Below are positions 25,986-39,900 of a stretch of 64,000 nt of DNA, piece after piece; the stretch's first letter is position 1; every line of letters begins with the position of its first letter. Source of the DNA: Ylistrum balloti (lineage: Eukaryota); contig NW_026782030.1 of the NCBI RefSeq assembly GCF_031769215.1, positions 62,001 to 126,000 of the forward strand, written 5' to 3'. The position numbers and the translations under genes are program-made. The notes below the pieces were generated by a model. It worked only from the letters and a program-made list of their open reading frames with translations. It made no database searches and was not told where the DNA came from.

Positions 25986-26444
25986 AGTGTAGGAAAAGAT
26001 TTTATCACCAAACAACATCTGTATGTTAAAACAGTAATATTGAACTTTGTATATCAAACAAAACAAATGTAACATTTTAATCTCTGACTTCACATGTGCA
26101 ATACATGTACTGTACACAAATATTCACAAGCTCCTTCTGAAATAAATTACACATACCAATTTCTACTGTCTGGGAACAAATCAATATCCTACCGCATGTT
26201 AGAAGTTTATTTTCTGACTTATACTATATATAAAATCACAATAGAATATATTTCATACCTATAGAGTTACCAGGACAATAAACTTCTACCAGTAAAGAAA
26301 TCCACTCAAGCTAGACATGACATTTGTACAACATTGCCCATTTTGAAGGATTTAAAAAGCAGCCAGCTGGAAACTTATCATCAAAATACCAACAATAAAT
26401 AGACCATGTGTTGATTTTGTTCTAGTTACAACTTGAGCCTTGAG

Positions 26445-29400
26445 CTAAGAATGTTCTCCAATCTGTTTCTTTCTGTTTCTGGATCGCCAGATGTTGATGA
26501 TGTGATCATCAGCCACGGTAACTAGGCACTCTGGGTCCACAGGGTTAAATGCCACACCATTGACGACCCCTTCACAATGCCTAAGTGTGGCTAGACAAGT
26601 GTGATAACGACGGTCCCATAGGTATCCCAAGAACTGTTCACTTCCGCTGTAAAAATATATACATTGAGGTATAGATACCTCCTATACTCTAGTGTAACAA
26701 TTTCCTATTTTTTTTACCGCAAACAAAGCTCACACAATATTAGTAACAAGATGTGTTAATGAATCAATATGTCCCCACTGCAACAAAATTATCGAGTAGG
26801 ACATTAATTCTGTAGGTGAAAGGTCATGGTCAAGGTCATATGATAAATAATTAAATACCAAAAAGGTCTTGTCAGAAGGAACACACATGCCAAATATGAA
26901 AGCTCTACCTCTTATGGTGCAAAATTTATGGAAAAGGTTAAAGTTGAAAACCGACAAACAAACAGACGGCACAAAAACAATATGCCTCTAACCTTTCAAA
27001 CTGGGGGAATAAACAAGTCATAAATTTGTCACATAAACTGATCAGGATGAGAGCTTGATTTGAGAATACACCAGTACATTTTGCATAACACATACTGTAT
27101 ACAAAAGTGAAAGTCTAGTATGATCATGAATTCATTCAAATATATCTTCTATTTTAGGAATAGAACACACAAGCTCATGAAGCCTAGAGTTTATTGACAT
27201 CAGAACATGATAAATTGTAGATGGGATATTGTAGTCTGGCATGGCTTTACCCATTATCTTAGTGTATTAGTAGCCTGACAGCTGTTTAATTGAGATTATT
27301 AATGCAAGGTTTAAAGATAATCTCCTTTAAAACAATCAAGTATTAGCTATAGATTGAGCAAGGGGAAATAACTCTGCTAACCCTGCAGCTGAGAACCTAA
27401 GCATCAAGGTGACTCTGATCAGAAACAGCCATTAGGATCAGCCACCTTCAATTCAGAGCTGTGGCTATTAATGTTCCATATTTACAGGGGAATATTGTGA
27501 ATTGAGATTATATCTAAATCAATTAAAGGTATATAATTTGAATTTGTCTCTTTGTATTGTTTTAATTGTATTTTTCCAGTATCTGTCATTTATGTTTTTC
27601 AAGTCTTTTTACACATAAATGTCATTATAAAGATATACCAGATACATGTCCATTTTACATAATATTAGCTTTTAATTTGGTATAAACTGATTTTTTTCTT
27701 ACTAAACACATTACAAATGTATTATGAAGTAAATTTATCATTCATTGTAAACAAACTCAACAAAATACATGACAGGTATAACTTAATGGGATATTCTGCA
27801 CAAGTTCAGATTTCATATATGTTTTATATAAAAAAACATTAAAGGTTCTTCTATGTTTTTACAGAAATTTAACATACAAAATTTAATTTCTGGAAATTTT
27901 ACACGGATCTACAAGAAGCATGATTTACTAACAATAGTTTTGCCATGATTGAGCCACAACAGGTCTGCCTTTTATGACCTGAACAGTGTGAAATATTGCG
28001 TACATTTTAAAATAGATGAAATATTGTCCAACAAAGCAACAGAATTCTGATACCAACAGCAGGTATAAATGTGTAAAGACCTGTGTATTTACTTTTATTA
28101 ATACTCCGCATTAAATGTATTACCCTATCAGTGACTGAGTTCTGGATTTCCGAATGTGACATACATTTGTATTTAGGCAAATGTTATTTTGGCAGGGGGG
28201 CATTTCTTCCAATTTTGCCGACCCAAACTGACCATAGGAAATTTTGATATTGACAAAAAAGTCACTAGAAAGAGTTCAGAAAATGTACAAAACAGTCAGA
28301 AATTTGCCAACTTGTACAGAATATCTCTTTAAGGACAGTGTTAAAATAGGTATACCGGTACCCCGTTTGCATTGATAATATTTTCGTAATTGTTTATTTC
28401 ATTCAACTTGTTATAATTATTATCAAATGAAGAAAAGTAGAAATTAATTTGTGACATTCTCACAATGGGAGTTGTCATGCCATAGAATGTTGATGTCTAT
28501 ATACATGTATACATTGAATCATTTTAGACAAATTAAACAAAGAGATTTTTGGACAAAATCATTTTCAACCTACAAATGTGCACTAAAAGGGCACAGAAAA
28601 TTTATTTGCTAAAACTTGCATATTCATGCTCTTGAAAAATTCAATATTGATACTATTGTATAACAGATGTACAATATTAACAGAATACTGCCAATTTATA
28701 AAGACAGATCTACAGCTGTACATTTGTAGATGTAGAAAATGCCAACATTAAGCAAAATCACAGGATATAAAATCTCAGTTTAAAAGACTATTATACAAAT
28801 TGAGCCGGGAAATCTACAGACTTACCTAGCAACATAATCCTGACAGGAATCGAGGCATATGTACCAAGCTGGAAACTCGGAGAAACCCTTGTGGCCACCA
28901 AATGCTAGTTCAGGCACCAGACGAAATGTCTGAAGGTCAATCGCTTTTACCTCCATGTCCTCCATAAGCTTAGGATATCCTAGCTCCACATCATAAATAG
29001 CATATCGACAATTAAAAAATAAGTATCTGGAAAAATCAAGCAAATCATTTTTCTTGTGATCAAGTGTAAAATTATCCTCCTTTCAAATAATGTGTTTCAT
29101 ATAAAATAAATACTGAGGTACTGGGTTGTGTCAAAATATCAACATTCATACACCCCTTCGTCTTATTTTCATTAGACATTAGAAATACAACTACTGCCAT
29201 GGGTCGGAAAAGCATTTTGGAAATAGCATTTTTTTTTATTAAACTGAAAAACTCAACATTTTATTAAATATAAGACGAAATTTGGAAATTGTTTTTGATA
29301 TTTAAAAGAAAATTACTGATTTGACTAAAGACAGTATCATATATACCTGTGGTCCCTAGAGAGCTTCATGCCTGAAATGTAATGACCAGGTAAATGGATG

Positions 29401-32400
29401 CTTTTGGTAGGGTTTTCTGGCGTCGCCAGCTGAGTAACTGGAGCAGTTGATAACTTTGTAAACTTCTTCAATGACTCTTCATGTAATTTTTTACCTCTCT
29501 CCTTTGCTTCTAGTGTATCAGGCAATTCTTCTACCCTGTGAAAGGCTATAGCATTGTGCTGTTCTCCTGTTACAAATATCATATATTTATCAAAGGCCTG
29601 CAAGACGGACACAGAGTCTTGTAGACCAGAAAGTTTCTCTTCATATTTATCACAGACTTTCGTGGAAGGTTTCGTAGACTGGCTCTGCTCTTTATATAAG
29701 CTGCTTGAACTGTCTCCATTATTTGATATGTTAGCATAACTTGGACAGTCTTGAGTATGGTCTTTGGGAGCCACTGATGGACTTAAATGGAAATCATTAT
29801 TAAATGCTTCTATCAAATCAGATTCAGTTTCTGAGTTTTGAGGGGTGTCTTTCACTGAGTAATTACACTGACTACTTGTGACTGGTAATTTTGTTTGTTT
29901 GTGAGGCACATTGGCCACAAGAAGATTCATAGTGCGATGATGATCTCCAAAGAATGAATAGATAACAGTTCCTTCAATGTAGGGACACCTCAGTGGAATA
30001 TTGTCTGGTACCTGTGTAGGAAATAGTAACAATACATGTGTATGGCCATTCAATGGAAAAACGGAAACACCGACTTAATGTTAAATGACTTAATTTTGAA
30101 TATCCAAAAAAAATGTCAGACAATATAAAAAATTGGACAAAGATTTTCCTAATTCCACACATTTAACAACTGAGCAATTTAAGAAAACATTAAAAAATTT
30201 TTTCACAATTTCCTACTTACAGTATCAATAACTTTAAAAGCCTTCACACAAAAAAAGTCATTGTTGGCCGCAGTAGGTACAAATCCTCCAACACAAATAT
30301 CGTCATTATACCAGTCAGCAAACAGGTGGGGTGGGTCCATCGGCATCTCCTGTATCAGGCGGAAATCTGTCCAGTACAAGAATCAGAAGTTTAAAACAAT
30401 TTTATTATCTACTTATAAAAATGAAATTATCATTTGAATTTTAAATATTTCATAGAATATTTTGCAGCTATCCGATACCAGGATGACTTTTAACAATTCA
30501 AGTTAAGACTTTTAAAATGTACAATAAAAGCCATGATATTTCATCCTATCTTAAACTGTCAATAAAATAAAAAACAGAAAACAAGTATTAGCTGTAACAG
30601 AACCCATTTTATAAGTCCCAAAAACTAACCCTTCAGGCATGAATTGAGTTTATTAAAGTGTTTCAATATATGGTAGGGAAGTCTGCAGAACAGACTGGCA
30701 TACACCTTTAAAAATTTTAACAATGACTTTGACACTGGCAAAGAACTCTGGCATACACCTATGAAAATATAAATATTGCAAACAACCCCCTTGTTGGCCA
30801 TTTTGTCCAATCAGAAAACAGACATCACTGTCATGTTGCAGATGTCATACTACATCTACATACCAAACTTCACTAAAATTGGACAATACCTAAATTTCAA
30901 ACAATCAGACACCTTAATTTGGCAGCCATTTCGGTGACACTGTCATTTTTCTATTACATGTAAAACATCTTAGAGAGTGTCCTACAGTTATAACTTCTAT
31001 CAATTCTCATCTCAATGTGCTGAATAAAACAGAATTTATGAGTGAAAAAGCATTAACTATACAGCCAATCAGTAACCAAAAAATGGTAGCCATCTTGCGA
31101 AATCAGAAACCAAACAGAAACTGTTTGCACATTTAAAGATTTAGTTTAGTTTACATTATCATTGCTTTACGTCCTATTTACAGTCAAGGTCATTTAAGGC
31201 CATGCCAGGTATAGATGGTGGAGGAAAGCTGGAGTTCCCAGAGAAAAACCACTGACCCTTGCCCAGTACCTAGAGACTGCCCCACATAAGCCTTGAACTC
31301 ATGACCCAGAGGTGGAGGGCAAGTGATACAGATGGTCAGACGCCTGAACCACTCGGCCAGCATGGCACCTTACATCTAGAAGTCAGATTATCAATCATTC
31401 TAGTTTGTCGAAGATCCAAATTATAGTTTTGGAGAAAAATCTTTTCAGTGGAAAGCAGGGGGGAAAAAAAGGAAAAAAAATAGGTTAAAATCAATAAGGC
31501 CCCAAACTTTCTTTCAAGGACTTAAATATCCTCAAATGTAAAAGTTCTGTAATCTTTTCATTGACAAAATTACAAACAAGTAGGAAAAATACAGTTAAAC
31601 CATTGTTAAAATTTCTAAAGTCCTTCAGACAGCCTTTTGAATGAGATTATCAGATTTCGCACTTGTTTGAGGTAATTGAATATATATTTAACATCACCCT
31701 TGGTATGTGACCATCGATACCAACCTTTCATCCTAAATACAACTCCAAGGCCTAGAGATTGAGATCCAGCAGCTGGGAGTTGGAACTTAACTCCACATAC
31801 TAACAAATAGGAGTCGTTACTATTGAAGGTCGCATACTGTGTCATGTTCCAATCCAAGGCCAGACCTAGGTCCGCTGAGTGTAGCAGCTGGGTAGGATTT
31901 CCGACCTCCCAGATCTAAATGATAAAAATAAGAGATATCATACATATCAAATGTGTCACTTTTTACTTAAAGAAGTATTGATTCAGTGGAACTTAATTTT
32001 TCTAGTCTCCATACATACAGCTGAGTCCAGCTGTAAAGAGATGTGGAACCAGTTACAACAAAATCATTACCCGACTGTATCATGTATTTGGAAATCTACA
32101 AGCTGCTTTGAAATCTGAATCTAGCTGTAATTAGGGCTATACCAAGCTGTAACAATATTTATAGATCCGCTATAATTAGTGTCCAGGCCAAGCTGTAGCA
32201 AGGTCTAGATCTCGATGAACGAAAAACTGAACCTCCAGGCCCAGCTGTAGCAAGGTCTAGATCTAGATGAATGAAAAACTGAACCCAGCCGTAATTTGGA
32301 TTATACCAAGCTATGACAAGATTTCTAGATCTAGCTGTAATGAGGTCTAGAACTAGATATAACAACGTCTGGACCCAGCAATAATTAGTACCCAACTTTA

Positions 32401-33758
32401 TCCTGTATTAAGAAATCTACAAGCTGTTTCGAAATCTGAACCCAGCTGTAATTTGGATTATACCAAGCTGTAACAAGGTCTATAGATCTAACTGTAATGA
32501 GATCTCGGCCTACTTGTAACAATTTATTTAATTACCAGGTTTTTTATGTCCACTATATATATTACGGCCTTTAGGCCTTTCAGCAGACGAGACCTGTAAC
32601 AAGGCCTATACCTAGATAGAACAAGATTTATAGATCCAGCTGTAATGAGGTTTTGGCTCAGTTGTATTGTAACAAGATCTCGACCCAGTCACTAGAACAT
32701 GATCAAGCTGTACCAAGATTCAGCTCCAACAAGAAGTGGATCACGTAACCTGTTCAAGGAATGAGATCAAAAACCCAGAAATTTTACCTTGACCTTGGTA
32801 TCTTTAGAAGTCGTGCAAAATAATCTTCCATCATGTGAAAATGCTACATCTAAAACCTCGTCAGTGTGTCCTTCAATTCTCTCACTGAATTGTGTTGGTG
32901 CATGGAAAAATAAACGTTTATATTCCATGTACCAGGTCTGATCACTGTCTTTGTGGCCACCTGCAATACAACATAGACTTAACATGTACTTATAGTATAA
33001 ATGTACTGTACAGTTTTACAACATGATGCTTATACATGTAATGTGTTGATCAACAGGTATATTTGGAACAAACATGTTCAGCAGTAGAAAGAGAATAATA
33101 TCATATGATGAAGCTTCAAATTACGAGGAAAAAATCAAAAAGAGTGAACTGATCACATATTTTCAAACATTTCATTCACTTTTATTTTGTATCCTGAAGT
33201 CTGAGGAAATAAACGCTGAATCTTATTTTGAGGTTTTGTCAACCGTCATGAAAACAAGTATTTCTACACAACCAATTGAACATTTCATGGGATACGACCT
33301 ATTTATAATTATTCAATGATTTTCCTTCTTATTCTCACAAAAAACCTGGATAGTTGTCAGTATTTTTAACCATCTTCACCTTAAAATCACAACCATAATC
33401 AATATGTTGTCAACGTTGACAATCTCCATCTTGATGGAATCAAGATTTACATTTTTCTATTCTAATTTTACACATAACTTAAAACTTCTTTCCATTCATA
33501 ATTTCTAAAAAAAACAATTGGCAAACCTGAAGGGTAACTGCCAGCTTGAAATCTGGTGAATCATACGATATGTTAAATACCTTTGGTATTCCAGTCCATC
33601 TGAGCCAGGACTTTCCACAGACTCTCATCTCTGGCAATTCTATGCCATCTATGGCAAGTACAACTAGCCCTTATTAAAGACCTTGCTTCAAGAAAGCCAA
33701 AGATGTGCAGCAAAATTGTGTCTGGAATAAGGTTCTGCCATGGACATACTGTTGTCAT
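26445..33758 (-). CDS. FBXW5: F-box/WD repeat-containing protein 5 (584 aa)
   Basis: 7 coding exons, phases consistent: 33758-33581 (F-box, IPDTILLHIFGFL...CHRWHRIARDESLW), 32960-32788 (GHTDEVLDVAFSHDG), 31914-31725, 30366-30221, 30011-29347 (KYMIFVTG...GHYISGMKLSRDHR), 29026-28826, 26646-26445 (SGSEQFLGYLWDRRYHTCLATLRH...VNGVAFNP...ADDHIINIWRS, TAG). The motif pattern matches FBXW5. Confidence 0.9.
26745..27012 (+). mobile_element. Helentron-associated (HINE/DINE-like) non-autonomous element
   Basis: Starts AACAAGATGTG and contains TGACC-type/GGTCAAGGTCA motifs, a (CAAA/CAGA)n tract and a terminal AACAATATGCCTC...GGGGGAATAAA hairpin. Family assignment is by resemblance only. Confidence 0.45.
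31190..31372 (-). mobile_element. tRNA-derived SINE (V-domain-like core)
   Basis: On the - strand: A/B-box-like head (TGGCCGAGTGGTTCAGGCG...GAGTTCAAGGC) followed by GTTTTTCTCTGGGAACTCCAGCTTTCCTCC. Confidence 0.6.
32020..32730 (+). repeat. Complex degenerate tandem repeat in FBXW5 intron 2
   Basis: Recurrent CCAGCTGTA / CAAGGTCTAGATCT motifs. A tandem pair of about 52 bp lies at 32190-32290, and a longer duplicated block at about 32085 and 32410. Confidence 0.7.
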
Positions 33759-34419
33759 TTTTTATCTCGAATCTGCTTCTACATCAGCAACAGAGTGTTA
33801 TCTAGTGTCAGAAATCATAAAACAGATATGTCAACAAAAGTGAATATCATGACTCACCACAATTCAAGATACCAAGGTAATTAAATAAAGACAGGGAGAC
33901 CTGCAGGGTCGTGTCTTTCATTCAAAAGTGAAACAGTACTGTATGTCTCACCTTTGGAGTTACCATATATTACTGCAAAAACACCCCCAACCCCTCCTGC
34001 AAATCTCCCAGGGTAGTGGGAATGGGGAGTGGAGGCTAAGGGAAGGGATCAAGCGTTATATATATGCTGCTCACTATCAAACTCCCCCCACCCTCCAATT
34101 TTTTTTTTTTAAGTTCATATAATTTGGTTATTTATTCTTAGGTTATCTGTAGCTTAGTATTTTACTAGCCCAGATTACAGATTGTTTTGAGCAGTAAAGA
34201 GTACAGCTAGAAACCAATCAGTCACTTATTCAAATTCTGGTGATGGTAGGGTACTTTTCCTTACTCCTTCCTGTTATAAATTGATGCGGTGTATCATTCC
34301 ACGGGTAAAGGCTATAGGACATTGAGATGCTTCATTGAGATATTTTGATCCTCCCAAACATAATCTGATTATATCAGAGGTAACCTCATAACAAGTCTAA
34401 CAGAGTTTATTATTTATTG

Positions 34420-34520
34420 CCTCCACTAGAACTCAAACCTGGGATCCCTGGTTTAATAGTCTGACACTCAACTGATCAAGCTAAAGAGAAATTCTCACTA
34501 GCCAAGCGGTATATTGCAGC
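34420..34520 (-). mobile_element. Degenerate tRNA-like SINE head
   Basis: On the - strand: TAGCTTGATCAGTTGAGTGTCAGAC...GGGATCCCAGGTTTGAGTTC, i.e. A- and B-box-like segments. Confidence 0.4.
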
Positions 34521-35139
34521 TAGTATTTATCAGGATTACAATATTGCACATGTATGCCCCTACTAATTTGTTCCTGGGAAATGAAATTTTAAAAAAAATA
34601 GTAAAAAAATAACTAAAATAGCAGTTATAACATTTTCTTCAGGTTGGTGCCATTTATTGAATAGATAAGTTCTTATATAATATTACAATCATTTAGAAAA
34701 TTATGTGCAATGTTTCAACGAGTACCTTTGTACATTATTAATTGTAAACTAGGCAGTAACATTGTATCAATATTCCGTGTACATTGATTCGGCTAATCTT
34801 TGTTTAAAACCAGTTTGTCATGGATGTGCACTGGTTTTTAGGCCCCCTTCAACCCTCTTTAATACTGACCCACTGCAGTGTAAGAAGTCTGTGCTTTAAA
34901 CAATGTAATGTTAGACCTAGGATTCCAGGTATTTTTTAAGGCCTGCGAGTATTAACAGAATATTTTAATTTTTGATATTTGCACCAGTATTATGGATTAT
35001 TATTCATACTGATGGAAAGTCATGTTCCTGTGATAAAGGTGTACATAACATTATCACTTGAAGTCATTCATTATCATTTCATCCACTCTAAAAAGCACAT
35101 TATTTTAGAAGCAGAGAAGTGTTGCATGATCAGCTGTTC

Positions 35140-35800
35140 AGGAAGTTCTGCATCGCAAACTTCAGTGCAAGCCCAAATCTCAGTCATTTGATTTGACGGA
35201 AGTAGCGCACTGTTGGTGTTATTCTGTCATTTGAAATAACTATTATTGACATCTTCTATAGTATGTTAAAAGTGGAAAAAAATGGTCATAGAGCGGAAAA
35301 CTTACATTGCTAATTCATTTGCGGTGCCTGTTCATTATCGGTCATTATCCATTTTTTGTTTATAGTCTATTTCGATCTAGGTCTCAAACATGCTTGTAAT
35401 AGATATTGCATCTTTTTCGTCAATATCGTATCATCTGAGTGATTTGACGCTTGTAATAGAAGACCTTGCTGAAAATTCGACTTGGATTTGCCGGTGGTCA
35501 AATTATTCCAGGGTATGCAACTCATATACAAATGCAATTGCTAATGTTTGTATTGTTACATTGAGCTGTTTGCAACAATTTCTGAATGATGTTAAATTAG
35601 AAATGTCCATAAAGCCACCATTGCTAACTTTCGATCAAGACATCAACAGATCAAGACCTATTCAAGTTTTGGTAACCCGTTTCGACAAGGATCGGGAATA
35701 CGTATATGTAATTGAGAGATATATATACGGACACTTGATTATTAAACTGTTTGACGGAAGTCTGAATGAACCATAGGGACATGTATTAACGTAACACTTA
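35140..35800. promoter_or_regulatory. Putative bidirectional promoter region of FBXW5 and MRPS11
   Basis: Local CpG-rich island between two head-to-head genes whose bodies are CpG-poor. ETS-type CGGAAGT at 35197-35203. Both ATG exons are preceded by splice acceptors, so non-coding first exons should lie here. Confidence 0.5.
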
Positions 35801-35864
35801 AAAAAGATACAATTGCTTTAAGTAAACCATGTAATATATAATTTTGATTTCAAATAAATTAACA

Positions 35865-36005
35865 CGCCCCCGTGGCTGAATGGGGCAGTGTGTTCTCATA
35901 AACACTCGCCTTTCACCTAGATGTGGTGCAACCTGAATGAACACTTTGGTTTCCCCATGGTTCTCTGGTTTCCTTCCTCAACAAGACCCCCTCTCACCCG
36001 TCCAA
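35865..36005 (+). mobile_element. tRNA-derived SINE (family also at 55749 and 60091)
   Basis: GTGGCTGAATGG...ACACTCGCCTTTCACC...GTTCTCTGGTTTCCTTCC...AAGACCC. Confidence 0.55.
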
Positions 36006-36942
36006 TGCTTTATACTTTAAAGTGGTAGTATGTATAGTAGAACAAGCATGGTATGCCATGACATACTGTAATATGTTTCTTCTGCCTCCTACTGGATAAA
36101 CCAGACAGATGAACAGCATATATAGCTAAACATCTGCCTATCAAAATATTTCCTAGTAGGGGAGCAAGGTGATACTCTGGATTAGGCCCGAAAGACAGTA
36201 ATGGTGAGCCATCCTCGATACTCCAATTACAATGGCTCTCTGCATACCATGAACATGTCATGGCAATATTGAAGGCACAAGCAAAGTAATTTGATTGGTT
36301 CTAGGAGAAAAAAAGACCAATCACAGGCTGATAAGCTCCATTTGAAGATTACGAAGGAGCGACATCCAACTTCAAAGCCATTACAATACCATATTGTTAT
36401 GTGATCTCTACATTCATTTGATATACATCAAAGAATCAAGCTCGTCTTTTTGTCTTCTCCACAAAGATATAGCTTGTGGAACCTTCAACTTTGCCATGAC
36501 ACGATCCAAGGGTGCAGAGAGTGAAAATGGTTGTAAACTAGACTTTTGAGGATGCTGGCCAGCCACTTTTGTCTTTCTGTCCCGAGCCAAAATGATTGAA
36601 AATCAGATAATTAAAACTTCAACAGTTTTGTTGTTCAATTTTTGTTTGCCTGATGTTGACGTTGTGCTGAATTTTGTCTGATAGCGTATACCAAAATAAT
36701 TGCTCAGCTCATAAATATAGTTCCAGTCTTCAGTGATGATTTTATGAATTTTCGTAAATAAACTTGTTCGTTACAGTATATCGCATCTTATTTCTCCAGG
36801 GAAAACCAAGTTTCAAGCTTTAGAGAAGACCTTATTTCAATAGAAAAACAATAAAATGACCATATGTTAACAAGATTGAAGAGTACTGTCATTTAATAAA
36901 ATGATGTTTTGCTGTCTTACAGGTGTACATAGATAAAAGAAA

Positions 36943-39900
36943 ATGCTGAGAAATGTGCTCTCATGCACTAGCAGACGGATCTATACTTGTCTGTTTGTTC
37001 CATTGAAGACAAGACACCCAGCAGCTGCCTTGCAAGGTCTTTTGAAATCTGTCTTATTTCTTTATCAATTTTTAAATGAAACTGTTAGGAGTTGGGTAAA
37101 CAAGCAGATACTTTGGTTAGAAATTAAATAAATAATCCAAAGGACATGATAAGTTTATTTAACATCTTTTGAAGAGAAGCCAATATGTTGTACATGATAT
37201 ACATGTCTTAGTTGTGCATTATCTCATTTTTGGATTGATTAGGAAAACAAAATCGCTGAAAAGTGGTCATCTTGGATTTTTACTGTGAAAGTCTTTTATC
37301 CCTATTTCTTGATACTGGATGGATCTTTCTCAATGTTTGTATGTAGGTTCCTCGGTCCCTAGTTGAACCCTTTTGATTTTGGGTTTAATTAGAAAAATAA
37401 TGGCTCACTGCAGGTGACCATCTTGGATTTGGCATATTATTGATGCTTTTTCTTAAGAAGAACTTTTAACTTATGCTTAAATCAAAGTAAATAACAGAGG
37501 AAAAAAAAGAAGCTTGTAAAGAACAAATAGCAATTAAACAATGATGGGTGCCAAGATCCCTATGGGATCTCTAGTAATTTATTAACATTGACAGATTTTT
37601 CCTGAAATCTGATTCACATTGTTAAGAAAAAACATCTGCAAAGACAAACAATTGAGGTATTTGACCTTTACTTAAATTACAGACTTTTGATTTAAATCAC
37701 AACAGTCATGCTGTGATTGAATTGTTGTTTAAGCATCATGCTGGTGTTGACACATAATTGATTCAGTTTATTATGATAATGGGGTCGTTTTGTGATTACA
37801 GTGGCTACTACACAATCGTTCCATACCTCTTTGGACTACAGGGATAGAGCAAAAAGGCTGTCTGAAAGATCGCAGGCAAAGCATCAAGATGTTCAGGCAC
37901 AGAAAGCGGACAAATTGAAAGACTTAAAATTCACAACTTTAGCAGAGGAAAATTTTGAGTATGAATTGTTGAATATTACAAGTTATATATAAGGAAAAAT
38001 CTCATATGTGATTTTATTTTGTAAACTTTATGATTTTACACAAGTTGGTAGTACATGCACTTGAAATTGTTTGAGAAATAGTAAATGATACAACAATGCA
38101 TGATATTGATCTAAGTTCAAGTGAATTTAAGAGGGAGGCCATATTTGACCAAATAAGCACACTAGCTTCTATGCTTAACCACAGTAATTATATTTCTATT
38201 CATTATTCAGTCTTAAGCTTTCAACACTTTTACTTGAACCTGTATACTGAGTATTGGCTAAATTTTATAATTTTTATTTCAATTTTATTTTACCTTTTTT
38301 TCTGTTTTGAAAATTTCATTCCTTCATATTATTAACTGTGTCACCTTAGTTAAGGCTTTTCCAGTAAAACATCTATCTCATCTCATGACTTCAGGTTTTG
38401 TCTTAGGGTACCACCCATGTATAGAATTTAATTGGTAAGAAATTCGCTTAGAGGTAATATGCAGGAAACCCAACCTTAGATAGAAGTGATTTATATTGGA
38501 GTTCTGAGTAAGTACCCAGCAGATGTTCTTTTGGAATGGTGCTCTGTTCTTTTTCAGTTTAAATCAGCTGTGAAATTTTGAAATATTTCAGTACTTATAT
38601 GAACCACAAGTAAAAATGGCTGAAATATTAAAAAAAGTGGAGAAATTTTCATCTAATTAATGACCTTTACACTTCCATCTTGTTTCCACCAGAAATCAGC
38701 TTGATGGTAGTGATACAAATTGCCTATATATTTTTAAAACCAGTTTGGCAACAAGTAACATCAGTTGGTACATATGGAACTTCAGTCTGACAACTGATAA
38801 AGAACAATTAACTAAAAAACCCTGTTTCAGAAAAAATGAAAAAATACACACTCCTCCCACCAGTCCTCCTGTCTTCAGATACTTTCAATGTAATACCTAA
38901 CTCAAAAACAAAATGGAAACCGTTCCTTGCAAATAGGTTTAATTAATGCACCATTCTTGTGTTCTTATAAACACAAATGTGCTTAATTAGTAGTTATGAT
39001 ACCTTCTTTCTGGCAATTTACAATTTAGAGGCAGTTTTCTTCCTATCATACACTGAACTCTAGTAGGTATAAGATCAGCTGAAAAATATACCTGTAATAA
39101 TTTGTGTTCATTATGTTCTCAAGACATTGAATGTGGTTTATTTTGTCAGTGCTGCGTTTCCAACAGAAGACACACCTGATATGATGATACAGGGGACGAA
39201 GTATAAAGATCTGCCAGTGGTCCATATCAAGGCTTCTGCTAATAACTTCAGAATCACACTATCTTCTGCTGAAGGTAAGAAATATTTACTCTCATGTCAG
39301 GCATAATATATTTATATAATATATCTGACTCAAGATCATCCACTGTTCTGGATAGGGAGGTATTGTTTAATTTGATTTTATCTGCTTGATAATGGGAACA
39401 TGGACACATTGAAAATGTATTATCAATGTTCATGAATTGAATAAGATATTGTTAAAGTTGAAATATTTCATCATGAAATATCGGTAAATATAAAAAAAGA
39501 TAAAAAAAACTTTTGCATTATGATTATATTTTTCATTTCTTGTGATAGGTAAAACAGTCAAGACTGCTACAGGGGTAAGTTGTTCAATGTTTTCTGTGGT
39601 CATCTGCACCACCTGCAACAACTGTCTACCTTTATTGAATGTCTGAAAATTCAACTTCCAGTTTCCCGACACAGTCAAAAATGAAAAGTGCTGTTTTTGG
39701 TAACAAACTGAAAAATTTCATCTTATTTTCGACATGATCTAGAGACTTGATATTTCATAAGTAGGATGCTAAGGTCTGTGGCTATCAAGGTTGTTGACAT
39801 GAATGACCTTTGATCCACTTTTAAAGGTCACAGTGGTCAACTATGTTAAGATTTTTAAATAGGATTTTTTCTATAACCATGAGGCTCACAGTGATAAAAT

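Noticed and set aside
29500-29900. Long Ser/Gln/Asp-rich insert in FBXW5 exon 5
   Set aside because: Vertebrate FBXW5 has a variable insert at the same position before the KYLIFTTG-like motif, so it is not novel.
35390-35776. 128-aa ORF between FBXW5 and MRPS11
   Set aside because: No recognisable domain, contains a short internal duplication, and lies in the presumed promoter/first intron.
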